Below the pieces are notes generated by a model. It was given only the letters and a program-made list of their open reading frames with translations. It had not been told where the DNA came from and did not search any database. The position numbers and the translations under genes were made by a program. Below, in pieces: positions 20,342-29,329 of a stretch of 64,000 bases of DNA (the stretch's first letter is position 1; each line of letters begins with the position of its first letter). Where the stretch lies: positions 480,001 to 544,000 of the forward strand of contig CAWFJP010000014.1 of assembly GCA_963816145.1 (NCBI GenBank), written 5' to 3'. This DNA is from an uncultured delta proteobacterium. Its GTDB lineage: Bacteria; Desulfobacterota; Binatia; UBA9968.

Positions 20342-20538
20342 TATGCAAGCCGTCGGTACAGCTCAGAATTCTTATTTAAGACGTACTCGGCGGCCTTTTC
20401 GAAGGCCTCATCGGGTCTTGTCAGCAGCTCATCGATGCTGACTCGTACAAGGTCCTCCGGCGAGATGCTAAATCGACCGGCTATCTCTTTGAGTTTCGCC
20501 ATTCGGTCATCGGAAACTGTTACGGTGATGCTGCTCAT
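20341..20538 (-). CDS. Putative antitoxin (RHH-like) of Doc toxin
   Basis: 65 aa, ITVTVSDD...KLKEIA, C-terminal KNSELYRRLA typical of Doc-linked antitoxins. Confidence 0.8.
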   Translation of the reverse strand: MSSITVTVSDDRMAKLKEIAGRFSISPEDLVRVSIDELLTRPDEAFEKAAEYVLNKNSELYRRLA

Positions 20539-20610
20539 ACAAACCTCCAGATGGGATCGGAGTATAGCTTCCCGCTGGAAAAAATCCTACAAACCGTGCC
20601 GAATAATCGC

Positions 20611-21633
20611 CTACCCATTCTCTTCCCGGTCCAAACCGGTCATCTCCAGTAGAGGCCGATCGGTGAACGAAAACAGGATCGCCGGCTCGGTTTGCGACAG
20701 GTTTTTATGCGCGTGCCAACGCCAGGAGGGGACGGTGTAGCTGTCGTGTTCGTCCCATTGCAGTTCTACAGGATTGGTCTTGTCGACCAGGGTGACGCCG
20801 CGGCCTTGGACGGAGTGATACATCGCCGTGCCAGTGTGGCGGTGAAAGCGGGTTTCTTGTCCCGGTTGAAGCAGCTGCAAGTAGCAGGTCATGGTGAGAA
20901 AGGTGTGGCCGCCATCGATGGGGTTTTTGTATTCGATGTATAGGCCGTCGTAAGGGTCTTGGATGCCTTGCTCGCCAAGCTCCTTCAATGCGTCGAGCGC
21001 TTCCTGCCATTTGTAATGATACGGCACGCCGGCGGCGCCTTCGTAGTTGACTTTCGGCTGGCGCGCCGGGCCGAAGAGGCGGCGCGCCGCGCCGTGGCCA
21101 CGGGTCAAGGGTTGTTGTTTGCCTTCGGCCCATTCTTCGCGAAAAATGTGAGCATCGAGATAATTGACCAATCCGGCGTCCAAGGCGTCGATCCAAATGA
21201 TCGGCTCTTTGGAAGTGTTCACATGATCGTGCCACACCCAGTTGGGCTGAATCAGCAAGTCGCCCGGCTCCATCACCATGGGTTCGCCGTTCGATGTCGT
21301 GTAGGCGCCGCCACCGGAGACGACGAAACGCAGCGCCGTGTTGGTGTGACGGTGCGCCGCGGCAGCTTCGCCGGGAAGAACGATTTGAAACCCCATCGCC
21401 AACGTCTTGCTGCCGGTCTGCAAGCCGACGTTGCGCCGAAAGGCGTCGGGGCCGATGCGGATGACTTCGGTGGTTTCCATCAAGGCCGGATAGATATCTT
21501 TCCAGCGCCACAGCCGCGGCTCCATGCGTTGATAATTTCGCTCGTTCTGCCAGTAGCCACGCAGGCCCAATTCGGCGAACTTCTTGTGTAGTTGTTCGCG
21601 GTCTTTCGGTTCTTTGATAGCCGGCTTGGACAT
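20611..21633 (-). CDS. Gentisate 1,2-dioxygenase-like bicupin
   Basis: HRHTNTALRF, PNWVWHDH, EYKNPIDGG, HRHTG, TDRPLLE. Confidence 0.88.
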   Translation of the reverse strand: MSKPAIKEPKDREQLHKKFAELGLRGYWQNERNYQRMEPRLWRWKDIYPALMETTEVIRIGPDAFRRNVGLQTGSKTLAMGFQIVLPGEAAAAHRHTNTALRFVVSGGGAYTTSNGEPMVMEPGDLLIQPNWVWHDHVNTSKEPIIWIDALDAGLVNYLDAHIFREEWAEGKQQPLTRGHGAARRLFGPARQPKVNYEGAAGVPYHYKWQEALDALKELGEQGIQDPYDGLYIEYKNPIDGGHTFLTMTCYLQLLQPGQETRFHRHTGTAMYHSVQGRGVTLVDKTNPVELQWDEHDSYTVPSWRWHAHKNLSQTEPAILFSFTDRPLLEMTGLDREENG

Positions 21634-21802
21634 CTTTGTTCTCCTGGGTTCAAATCGTTCCAACCGTTCAAGTCGTTCAAAACGTTAGCTCACCGAGGTT
21701 GTATCAAATTCATGAATCCGGGCGCAACTTGGACTTTACAACGATGACTGTTTCCAGCTATGACTTTAGGAAATCTTCTCCAAATCCCTAAGGAGGTTCG
21801 TT

Positions 21803-22774
21803 ATGGTTTCAGCGAAGGATGTCCAAGGCGTGATGGCGATGATGCCATCGTTTTCGACCAAAGATGCCGGCGATTTGACCGCGAAAAATACTATCGATGT
21901 CGACAATCTCAAAGCCGGTGTCGACAAGATGATCAACGACGGTATCGACGTGATCACCACCACGGGAAGTTTCGGCGAGTGCTACAACTTGAGCTGGGAC
22001 GAGTACAAGACGTTGGCCGCGGCTGCCGTCGACGCGGTGAAAAAACGCGTGCCGCTGTTCGTCGGCGCCACCAGCCCCAATGTGCGCGAAGTGGTCGAAC
22101 GGCTGAAGTTCGTCCAAGACATCGGCGCGGACGGCACGCTGCTCGGTGTGCCTTACTATGACGCGCAATCACCGGAGTATATGGCCGACTTTTACACCCA
22201 GATCGCCGAGATGTTTCCCAAGCTGGCGTTTCTGATCTATCACAATCCGGTCAACCATAAGGTCAAGATTCCGGTGTCGGTCTTTCCGCGCTTAGTGAAG
22301 TGTTCCAATATTGTCGGTATGAAGGACAGCCATCGCGACACTCGAGAGTTTCTCCGGCTGATGGACATCATCCGCGGCAAGATCAGCGTTATGACAAATC
22401 AAGCGCAGATGGTTCCCTACTATCGCATGGGTTCGGCGGGCTGCTGGTCGATCGACTCCTGGATGGGCCCTTGGCCGGTGCTGCATTTGAGAAACTTGGT
22501 TCGCGCCGGCAAGGACCAAGAAGCGATCGCGGTGATCAGTGATATCATGAACGCCGCCGGTGGCGAACGGCCTGGCGGCAACGAAGGCGCCACGGCGAAG
22601 CTGCCCATCGAATTCGCCGGCTACGTCAATCCCGGTCCGGCGCGCACACCGATCGTGAAGTTCTCCGATACGGCTATCGAACGGGCGAAGAAAAAAGCCG
22701 AAGGTTGGAAGACGCTGTGCGCGAAGTATAAGCCGTTGGTCGAGGCGGCGCGGGCGCAAGCCAAGGTCGCTTAA
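21803..22774 (+). CDS. DHDPS-family class I aldolase, NahE-like hydratase-aldolase
   Basis: TTGSFGECY, LIYHNP, Schiff-base GMKDS; RBS AGGAGG. Confidence 0.8.
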   Translation: MVSAKDVQGVMAMMPSFSTKDAGDLTAKNTIDVDNLKAGVDKMINDGIDVITTTGSFGECYNLSWDEYKTLAAAAVDAVKKRVPLFVGATSPNVREVVERLKFVQDIGADGTLLGVPYYDAQSPEYMADFYTQIAEMFPKLAFLIYHNPVNHKVKIPVSVFPRLVKCSNIVGMKDSHRDTREFLRLMDIIRGKISVMTNQAQMVPYYRMGSAGCWSIDSWMGPWPVLHLRNLVRAGKDQEAIAVISDIMNAAGGERPGGNEGATAKLPIEFAGYVNPGPARTPIVKFSDTAIERAKKKAEGWKTLCAKYKPLVEAARAQAKVA

Positions 22775-22783
22775 TCAAATTCC

Positions 22784-22855
22784 GTTCAAGGTTCAAAGGT
22801 TCAATCGGTCCCAATCCGATCCGACCTTGAACTCTTGAACTTTGAACTTTTGAAC
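22784..22855. repeat. GTTCAA-array hairpin
   Basis: gttcaaggttcaaaggttcaa ... ccttgaactcttgaactttgaacttttgaac; related arrays near 18141, 21649, 24068, 36396, 43156, 44712, 52856. Confidence 0.7.
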
Positions 22856-22874
22856 AAGTGTTTTGGAGATACGC

Positions 22875-24062
22875 ATGAGTTCGGTTCCGTTAATTCCTAA
22901 ACAGGCGGCGATCGCCGTCGGCGATATGATCGACAACTGTGCCAAGGTCAAGCCGGGGATGAACGTGTTGCTCGTCGCCGGTAACGACGGCATGTACGGC
23001 GGCGTCAACATCGTCGATTCGGAAACCATCTCATGGCTGCACTCCGCGATCGTTCAACGCGGCGCCGATGCGACGGTGGTTTGGTGCGATATTCCCTATC
23101 GCCCGATGGTGCTATGGGGCGACGGCGCCGACCCGGGCAAGGCCTGGCGTGTGCCCAAGATCGTCGCCGCCGCGATGAAGGGCGCCGATTGCATCGTCAG
23201 CAACGCCGTCGATCTCACTTTCGAAGAAGAGCTGCGCGAGACCGCCGATATTCTCGAAGAGTATAATATCCCGTACGCGCGCAACATGGCGACCACGGGA
23301 TCGCTGCTGACCAGCAACTGGGGGCTGACGCCCTACGAGTTAGTTTCCGAGATCCGCGTTCAGGCATGTGCTCTAGCCGTTCCCGGGGCGAAATGGGTGA
23401 TGACTCATCCCAACGGCTCGCATATCGAAGGCTACGTCGTGAAGCCGGAGGAAATGGACGACTACGCGCATTATCGGGATATCGGCGTCTACCGGCCGTT
23501 TCCCGAAGGTGTCTGGTCGTCGATCCGCGCGCGCGATGCCGAGGGTGTCGGCATCATCAATGAGATCGGTGTGATCTGGGCGCGGCACATTGGCGTGCCC
23601 TGTCCGTTCAAGCAGCCGGTGAAAGTGTTTATCGAAAAAGGGCAGATCACAAAATTCGAAGGCGGAGCCGAAGCCGAGACGCTGACGCGTTTCTACCAAT
23701 TCATCTCAAAATATTTGGGCGACGCGGCTTACGAAGTGCGCGGGTTCCATGGCGGAGTTCATCCATCGGCGATCTTGGAACCGCATCAGTGCCCTAATGC
23801 GCCGTACCGCCACTTCATCGAGCACCATCACTGGAGCAGTTTTCACTTTCACATGGGCAACAGCCGGCGCAGCAAGACGTTTCCCTATTTGATGCACATC
23901 TCCGCCGAACTGCGCGGCGGCGATCTCAAGATCGGCGATAAGTTTGTTTATCAGAATGGCCGAATCACCACGGCAGATCATCCGAAAGTTCGGGCTATCG
24001 CCGAGAAGCACAAAGATCGTCCGGGACTGGAGCCGGAGAAGTGGTTACAATCGCCCAGATAA
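22875..24062 (+). CDS. Aminopeptidase-T/M29-like protein, possibly NicX-type 2,5-dihydroxypyridine dioxygenase
   Basis: NCAKVKPGMNVLLV N-terminus, FPEG, PVKVFIEKGQITKFEGG, GVHP, HFHMGN, H at C-terminal strand. Confidence 0.55.
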   Translation: MSSVPLIPKQAAIAVGDMIDNCAKVKPGMNVLLVAGNDGMYGGVNIVDSETISWLHSAIVQRGADATVVWCDIPYRPMVLWGDGADPGKAWRVPKIVAAAMKGADCIVSNAVDLTFEEELRETADILEEYNIPYARNMATTGSLLTSNWGLTPYELVSEIRVQACALAVPGAKWVMTHPNGSHIEGYVVKPEEMDDYAHYRDIGVYRPFPEGVWSSIRARDAEGVGIINEIGVIWARHIGVPCPFKQPVKVFIEKGQITKFEGGAEAETLTRFYQFISKYLGDAAYEVRGFHGGVHPSAILEPHQCPNAPYRHFIEHHHWSSFHFHMGNSRRSKTFPYLMHISAELRGGDLKIGDKFVYQNGRITTADHPKVRAIAEKHKDRPGLEPEKWLQSPR

Positions 24063-24125
24063 GATTTATTCAAAGTTCAAGGTTCAAAGGTTCGAGGTTT
24101 GTTCGGATCCATCGGGAGATAGATA

Positions 24126-25271
24126 ATGGCAAGCAAGTATCGTTTGTTTTCAGCTGATTCACATTTAGAAATTTCGCCGGCGCGTTGGACCGATCGAGTG
24201 CCGGAGAAGTATCGTGACCGGGCGCCGCGATTGGTGAAGCTCGCCAATGGCGGCGATGGGATTATCATTGAAGGACGGCCGCTTTATGTGGTCGGGCTGG
24301 CGATCGCGGGCAAGCCTTACGAGCGGCATGAGCTGAGGGGGATTAGCTACGAAGGGTCGGAAGGAGCAGGTTCGCCCGAACAACGGTTGAAGGAGCAGGA
24401 GAAGGATGGTGTCGACGGCGAGATTCTCTATACGTCGGCGAGCAACCTAAGCTTTTGGCGAGGTATCAAGAATGACGACGCCTATTTGGCGACCGTGCAT
24501 GCGTACAATACGTTTCTTGCCGAAGAATATTGCACGGTCAATCGCGATCGTTTGATCGCCCTCGGGGCGATCCCGACCCATTCGGTCGACGCGGCGGTCA
24601 AGGAGCTGGAGTACTGCGCGAAGGCTGGCTTGAAGGGCATGATGCTCAACACATTTCCCAGCGGCAAGTCTTACCCAACCGCTGAAGACGATCGCTTCTA
24701 CGCGGCCGCGCTGGATCTCCAGATGCCGCTATCGGTGCACGTCTCGATGCAGCTCCCCGACGGGCCGTTGTTCAAATACGACAAAGATCCAGGTGAAGTG
24801 GCGTTTGGCGGCGACCCGATTCGCGTGTTGACGCGCTTCGGCGGCAATAGCGGCTTGAACGCCGTGCAGCTGCTACTTTCCGGTGTTTTCGATCGCTTGC
24901 CCAAATTGAGAATCTACTGGGCGGAGACCCAGATGGGGTGGTTGCCTTACTACTACGACCAGCTCGACGACGTTTACAATCGCAGCAAGCATTGGATGCA
25001 ACGTTATTTCGATTTGAAGCCGTTGGAGAAATCCCCCAGCGTTTATTTCCGCGAGCACTTCTATTGGGGCTTCATTTACGATCGCGTCGGCGTGCGCCTG
25101 CGCTACGAGATCGGTGTCGACAAGGTCATGTGGGGTAACGACTTCCCGCATTCCGCCGGCGATTGGCCCAACTCCAAACGGGTCATCGAAGATATCTTCT
25201 CAGGTGTGCCGGAGGATGAGAAGCATAAAATGCTGGTCGATAACGCGGCGAATTTCTTTCACTTGAATTAA
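24126..25271 (+). CDS. Amidohydrolase_2 family protein
   Basis: FSADSH, DGVDGEILY, WAETQMGW, WGNDFPH. Confidence 0.9.
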   Translation: MASKYRLFSADSHLEISPARWTDRVPEKYRDRAPRLVKLANGGDGIIIEGRPLYVVGLAIAGKPYERHELRGISYEGSEGAGSPEQRLKEQEKDGVDGEILYTSASNLSFWRGIKNDDAYLATVHAYNTFLAEEYCTVNRDRLIALGAIPTHSVDAAVKELEYCAKAGLKGMMLNTFPSGKSYPTAEDDRFYAAALDLQMPLSVHVSMQLPDGPLFKYDKDPGEVAFGGDPIRVLTRFGGNSGLNAVQLLLSGVFDRLPKLRIYWAETQMGWLPYYYDQLDDVYNRSKHWMQRYFDLKPLEKSPSVYFREHFYWGFIYDRVGVRLRYEIGVDKVMWGNDFPHSAGDWPNSKRVIEDIFSGVPEDEKHKMLVDNAANFFHLN

Positions 25272-25280
25272 GATCGTATT

Positions 25281-25356
25281 CACCACGAAGACGCGAAGAG
25301 CGCGAAGGTTCGGAGAATCTATTTCTTTCCTTCGTGTCCATCGTGTCTTCGTGGTG
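25281..25356. repeat. Nonamer-array hairpin (CACGAAG family)
   Basis: caccacgaagacgcgaagagcgcgaagg ... ccttcgtgtccatcgtgtcttcgtggtg. Confidence 0.85.
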
Positions 25357-25367
25357 CGCCAATCCCG

Positions 25368-26420
25368 ATGGCATCACCAAAACAATCAGAAGCGGAGCGC
25401 CTAAGTCAGCTCAACGCTAAAGCGCAGCAGGGCTCTTTGCGCGGGGCGTGGCAGCGGGACCGGGGCAATCCCAAGCAGGAAGAGATCAAGCCACAGATCT
25501 GGCGCTGGAACGATATGGCACCGCTGTTGTTCGAAGCGGGCGAACTCGCGCCGCTGGATGATGTCATGCGCATGCGCACGCTGCATATGACGAACTCGCC
25601 CGATACGATACCCCTCGGCGCGGCGCGGACCTTTGCGGCGATGTTGCAGCATGTCAACGGCGGCGAGGTGACCGATTCGCACCGCCATACGGCGACATCG
25701 GTTTATTTCGCGATTCAGGGCAGCGGTATTTACACTACGGCGGAAGGCGAGCAGCAGTTCATGGAGCCAGGCGATTTGTTAACCCAGCCGAGCTGGACCT
25801 GGCATGGCACGACCAACAGCGGACCGGAACCGGCGATCTGGTTTACCGCCATGGATACATCGCTGATGCAATTTCTCGACAACTGGGAGTACCAACGTTA
25901 TCCGGAAAGCTTTTCCCAGCCGATCACCAAAGCCGACGGCTTTCATATGAAACGTCTGGGCGCATTACGAGGCCAGGGTGCGCTCGATGGGTCTGGTCCG
26001 TTTCCGCTGAAATACCGATGGTCGGAGACATTGAGCGCATTGAAAGATGTAGCGGCGGCGGGTCCTTGCGATCCATTTGATGGCGCCGTTTTGGAATACC
26101 GCAATCCACAGGATGGTGGTCCGACGACGGCGACGATGAGCTGCCGGATTCAACTGCTCGGTCCCGGCGAGCGGACGCTCGTGCATCGTCATACCTGCAA
26201 TACGGTTTACCATGCAGTGCGCGGCCGGGGTGTTACCAAGATCGGCAAAAGCCGAGGCGCTGATATTGATTTGTCGTGGAGCGAGCGCGACTGCTTCAAT
26301 GTGCCGAGATGGTACTGGCATCGATTTATCAACTCGTCGAGTTCCGAAGACGCGATTCTTTTCTCGGTCTCGGACCGGCCAATGTTCGATGCGCTCCGCC
26401 TTTACCGCGAAGAATTTTAA
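25368..26420 (+). CDS. Gentisate 1,2-dioxygenase-like bicupin
   Basis: HRHTATS, PSWTWHG, LEYRNPQDGG, HRHTCN, SDRP. Confidence 0.85.
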   Translation: MASPKQSEAERLSQLNAKAQQGSLRGAWQRDRGNPKQEEIKPQIWRWNDMAPLLFEAGELAPLDDVMRMRTLHMTNSPDTIPLGAARTFAAMLQHVNGGEVTDSHRHTATSVYFAIQGSGIYTTAEGEQQFMEPGDLLTQPSWTWHGTTNSGPEPAIWFTAMDTSLMQFLDNWEYQRYPESFSQPITKADGFHMKRLGALRGQGALDGSGPFPLKYRWSETLSALKDVAAAGPCDPFDGAVLEYRNPQDGGPTTATMSCRIQLLGPGERTLVHRHTCNTVYHAVRGRGVTKIGKSRGADIDLSWSERDCFNVPRWYWHRFINSSSSEDAILFSVSDRPMFDALRLYREEF

Positions 26421-26424
26421 GATC

Positions 26425-26576
26425 CCTTCGGGAGATGGAGCAAGACCTCGCCATCAGGCGAAGAGAAGATCCATCATGCCGGCGCCGGCCGGCATCCAGG
26501 TTCGATTTCGGTTCGTTTGCAAAAGGCGGGATTCCGGTCTCCGCCGGAATGACGAAATGACGAGTCGACTTCCAGT
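26425..26576 (+). mobile_element. Composite palindromic element, copy 3 (lacks right hairpin)
   Basis: cctcgccatcaggcgaagagaag + TCATGCCGGC core + gagtcgacttccagt. Confidence 0.7.
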
Positions 26577-26602
26577 GATCCGAGGCACTGACGAATGATT
26601 AC

Positions 26603-28150
26603 TTATTCCACTCCGAGCCGCCGGAGTTTTTTTATCAATCCCTGACGGCTTAACCCGAGGGCCTGCGCTGCTTTGGATTTGTTGCTATCGCAGTTAGCGA
26701 TGGCCTGCTGAATCATTCTCCGTTCCAGCGCATCGAGGGCTTGGCTGAGCGTCTGCCCCGTCACTTGTTCCGCTGCCGAATTTGAATTCGCTTGGGGATC
26801 GCGCCTCTCTAGAGCCAAGTGCTCGGCGCCGATGGCGCTGCTGCGCACCGAAGCGACCAAGCGTTTGACTTCATTTTCCAGTTGGCGCGCGTTACCGGGC
26901 CAGGAGTATGCGGTCATGCTCAAGATCGCGGCCGCCGTGAAGCGTTTGGGCTCCACTAGGTTGGCGGCGCAATGCTTTTGCAAGAAATGATTCGCCAGGA
27001 TTGGAATGTCTTCGGGGATTTCGCGGAGGGTCGGCGTCTGAATGCGGACGACGCTTAGCCGGTAATATAAGTCCTCGCGAAAGATTCTTTCTCTCATGGC
27101 GCGTTCGAGATCGCGATTGGTGGCGGCGACGATTCGAACGTCGACCGGCACCGGGGAGCGCGCGCCGATCCGGTCGATGGATCGCTCTTGTAACACCCGG
27201 AGAATCTTCGCTTGCGCCGACGGACTCAGGTCGCCGATTTCGTCTAGGAATAACGTGCCGCCATGGGCCGCTTCAAATTTTCCGATGCGCCGATCGACGC
27301 CGGTGGCGACGCCTTTTTCGATGCCAAAAAGCTCCGCCTCCACCAGGTTGTCCGGCAATGCCGCGCAGTTGATCGGGACGAAGGGATACTTGGCGCGCGG
27401 GCTGTTAAAGTGCAGCGCTTTGGCGATGAGTTCCTTGCCCGTGCCGCTTTCGCCTTGAATCAAAACATCCACCGAACTCGGTCGAATCTGGTCGATTAAA
27501 CGAATGATCGACTGTATGCGGTGGCTCATGCCGACGATCTTTTGGGTGGCAAACCCGTTGCCCCATGATGTGCTAGGTTCCATTGCTAAACTGGGACCCT
27601 GAGCTTTCATCTCCGCGGTAATTGGCGAATTCTCGATGATGTCGCTGAGATGGGCGGCGATGGTGCTGAGAATTTCCGCGTCTTCTTGGGTGAAAAGACC
27701 GCCCATCTTGTTGGCCGCCTCGCCGACACCGATCACCGAGCCGTTGAGGCTATGGATCGGTACCGCCAGCAGGGTGCGGGTTCGATAGCCGGTTTGAATG
27801 TCCACTTCCTTGTAGAATAACGGGTGCTCATAGGCGTCGGCGACGTTGATCGTTTGGTTGCTCATGGCGACGGCGCCGGCGATGCCCAAGCGGGCATCGA
27901 AACGCATGATCTTGCCCTCCTGGGAGATCGCCGACCAAAGTTCGCAATTATCTCGATCGAAAAGAAAGACACTGACGCGATCCGCCTGGAGCAGTTCTTT
28001 GGCCTCGCGGGTAATCAGCGCTTGCAGCGCCGACAGATTGGCGCTTGCTCGCATACGCCGACAGAGATTCAAAACCGCGCGTAGCTTGTCCACATGGGCC
28101 GGCGGGCTAGCCGCGATGGGGACATTAATTTCACTGTCGATGGCGTTCAT
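26603..28150 (-). CDS. GAF-domain sigma-54-dependent transcriptional activator (Fis HTH)
   Basis: GAF (GIAGAVA, TGYRTRTLLAVP), GESGTGKE, GVATGV in place of GAFTGA, GGTLFLDEIG, FREDLYYRL, WPGN, C-terminal HTH. Confidence 0.92.
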   Translation of the reverse strand: MNAIDSEINVPIAASPPAHVDKLRAVLNLCRRMRASANLSALQALITREAKELLQADRVSVFLFDRDNCELWSAISQEGKIMRFDARLGIAGAVAMSNQTINVADAYEHPLFYKEVDIQTGYRTRTLLAVPIHSLNGSVIGVGEAANKMGGLFTQEDAEILSTIAAHLSDIIENSPITAEMKAQGPSLAMEPSTSWGNGFATQKIVGMSHRIQSIIRLIDQIRPSSVDVLIQGESGTGKELIAKALHFNSPRAKYPFVPINCAALPDNLVEAELFGIEKGVATGVDRRIGKFEAAHGGTLFLDEIGDLSPSAQAKILRVLQERSIDRIGARSPVPVDVRIVAATNRDLERAMRERIFREDLYYRLSVVRIQTPTLREIPEDIPILANHFLQKHCAANLVEPKRFTAAAILSMTAYSWPGNARQLENEVKRLVASVRSSAIGAEHLALERRDPQANSNSAAEQVTGQTLSQALDALERRMIQQAIANCDSNKSKAAQALGLSRQGLIKKLRRLGVE

Positions 28151-28478
28151 CTCGTCCTGCCTAACATAGTCGTCAAAAATATGTCAATGAAAGTCGCCTT
28201 GAAGTTGAATGAGCCAGGGAATCTGACAACAAAACGACCAAGCTGTCCGCAAAATTTCCCTCCATTTATCAGCACCGTAATGGCAGTTGGCCGCTAAACT
28301 CAATTGCAGTGAGTTCGGAGTTTGCATGATAGTCCTCGTCGGTGTTTCGAGTGGTGTTGCTGATCTTTCGTGCGCAACTCTGCGGCAATGCGGCCCGATT
28401 CCTCGACAACCTCGCGATGGTTCGCGCCTATGCCGCTTGGTTTGGTGCTCAAGACTGATGTTTCACGCCGCAATGTTA

Positions 28479-28494
28479 TGGCACTAAGGTTGCT
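28479..28494 (+). promoter_or_regulatory. Sigma-54 -24/-12 promoter
   Basis: TGGCAC-TAAGG-TTGCT matches consensus, 45 bp before ATG 28539, divergent from a sigma-54 activator. Confidence 0.85.
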
Positions 28495-28538
28495 CTTCGA
28501 ATGGATAGAAATTAGCCTATGAAGTAATGGAGGTCTCC

Positions 28539-29285
28539 ATGAATCGGGAAAGCTTTCGCGAGCAGCTCCTCGGTGTGATGGAACGGAAGGAGCATTGGGC
28601 CTGGCCGGCATTTACTTCAGGCCGGGTGGCGCGAGAGCGATTGCACTTTCACTTCGAACAGGAGTATGGCACCTACGTGCGCGACTTTCCGATTCTCGTC
28701 GGGCGATCTTATATTCGATGTCCCATCGCTGAGATTCGCCGCAGCTTGGCGGAAAATCTCTACGAAGAAGAAACCGGCGGGCTTGTCGCAGGACATCCTC
28801 ATCCCGAGCTTTTTCTCGAGTACCCGCGTGGACTGGGCATGGATATGCGCCGATTTCAAAATATCCAACTCCTACCGGCGGCGCAGCGTTACCGTGAATT
28901 CCTCGATGCGGCGACCCAGTCTTTCGGCTGGGATATCGCGGCGGCGATCGTTACTATCTTTGTCGAAGGATCGAGCGCGGAACGCGTCGCGCTCAGTGGG
29001 GCCAATGGCAAACCGCCGCCCTTGGAGGAGCATCCGCTGGTGAAACATTACGGTCTCTCGGTGGACCGCTTAGCGCTCACTAAGGCGCATCGAGAGGTGG
29101 AAGGGCACCATCGGGCCGCCGCATGGAATGCGATCCTGGATCATGTGGTGCCGCTGCGCCGGGGCGCCGTTGTTCGGGTGATGGAAGACGCGCTCAGAAG
29201 CTGGTTGCTCTATCGCGACGAAGTCGCGTTGGTTTGCGGCATTCAGCCGAGCGACGTGTCTTTCAATTGCGCGGCTGCTCACTGA
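28539..29285 (+). CDS. PqqC/TenA/CADD-like heme-oxygenase-fold (diiron) protein
   Basis: ENLYEEETG..HPELF, VEG, HREVEGHH ligand pattern; RBS GGAGG. Confidence 0.75.
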   Translation: MNRESFREQLLGVMERKEHWAWPAFTSGRVARERLHFHFEQEYGTYVRDFPILVGRSYIRCPIAEIRRSLAENLYEEETGGLVAGHPHPELFLEYPRGLGMDMRRFQNIQLLPAAQRYREFLDAATQSFGWDIAAAIVTIFVEGSSAERVALSGANGKPPPLEEHPLVKHYGLSVDRLALTKAHREVEGHHRAAAWNAILDHVVPLRRGAVVRVMEDALRSWLLYRDEVALVCGIQPSDVSFNCAAAH

Positions 29286-29329
29286 ACCGCAAACTCATTT
29301 CTTGCGCGTGAGCCTGGCCTCGTGAAAAT

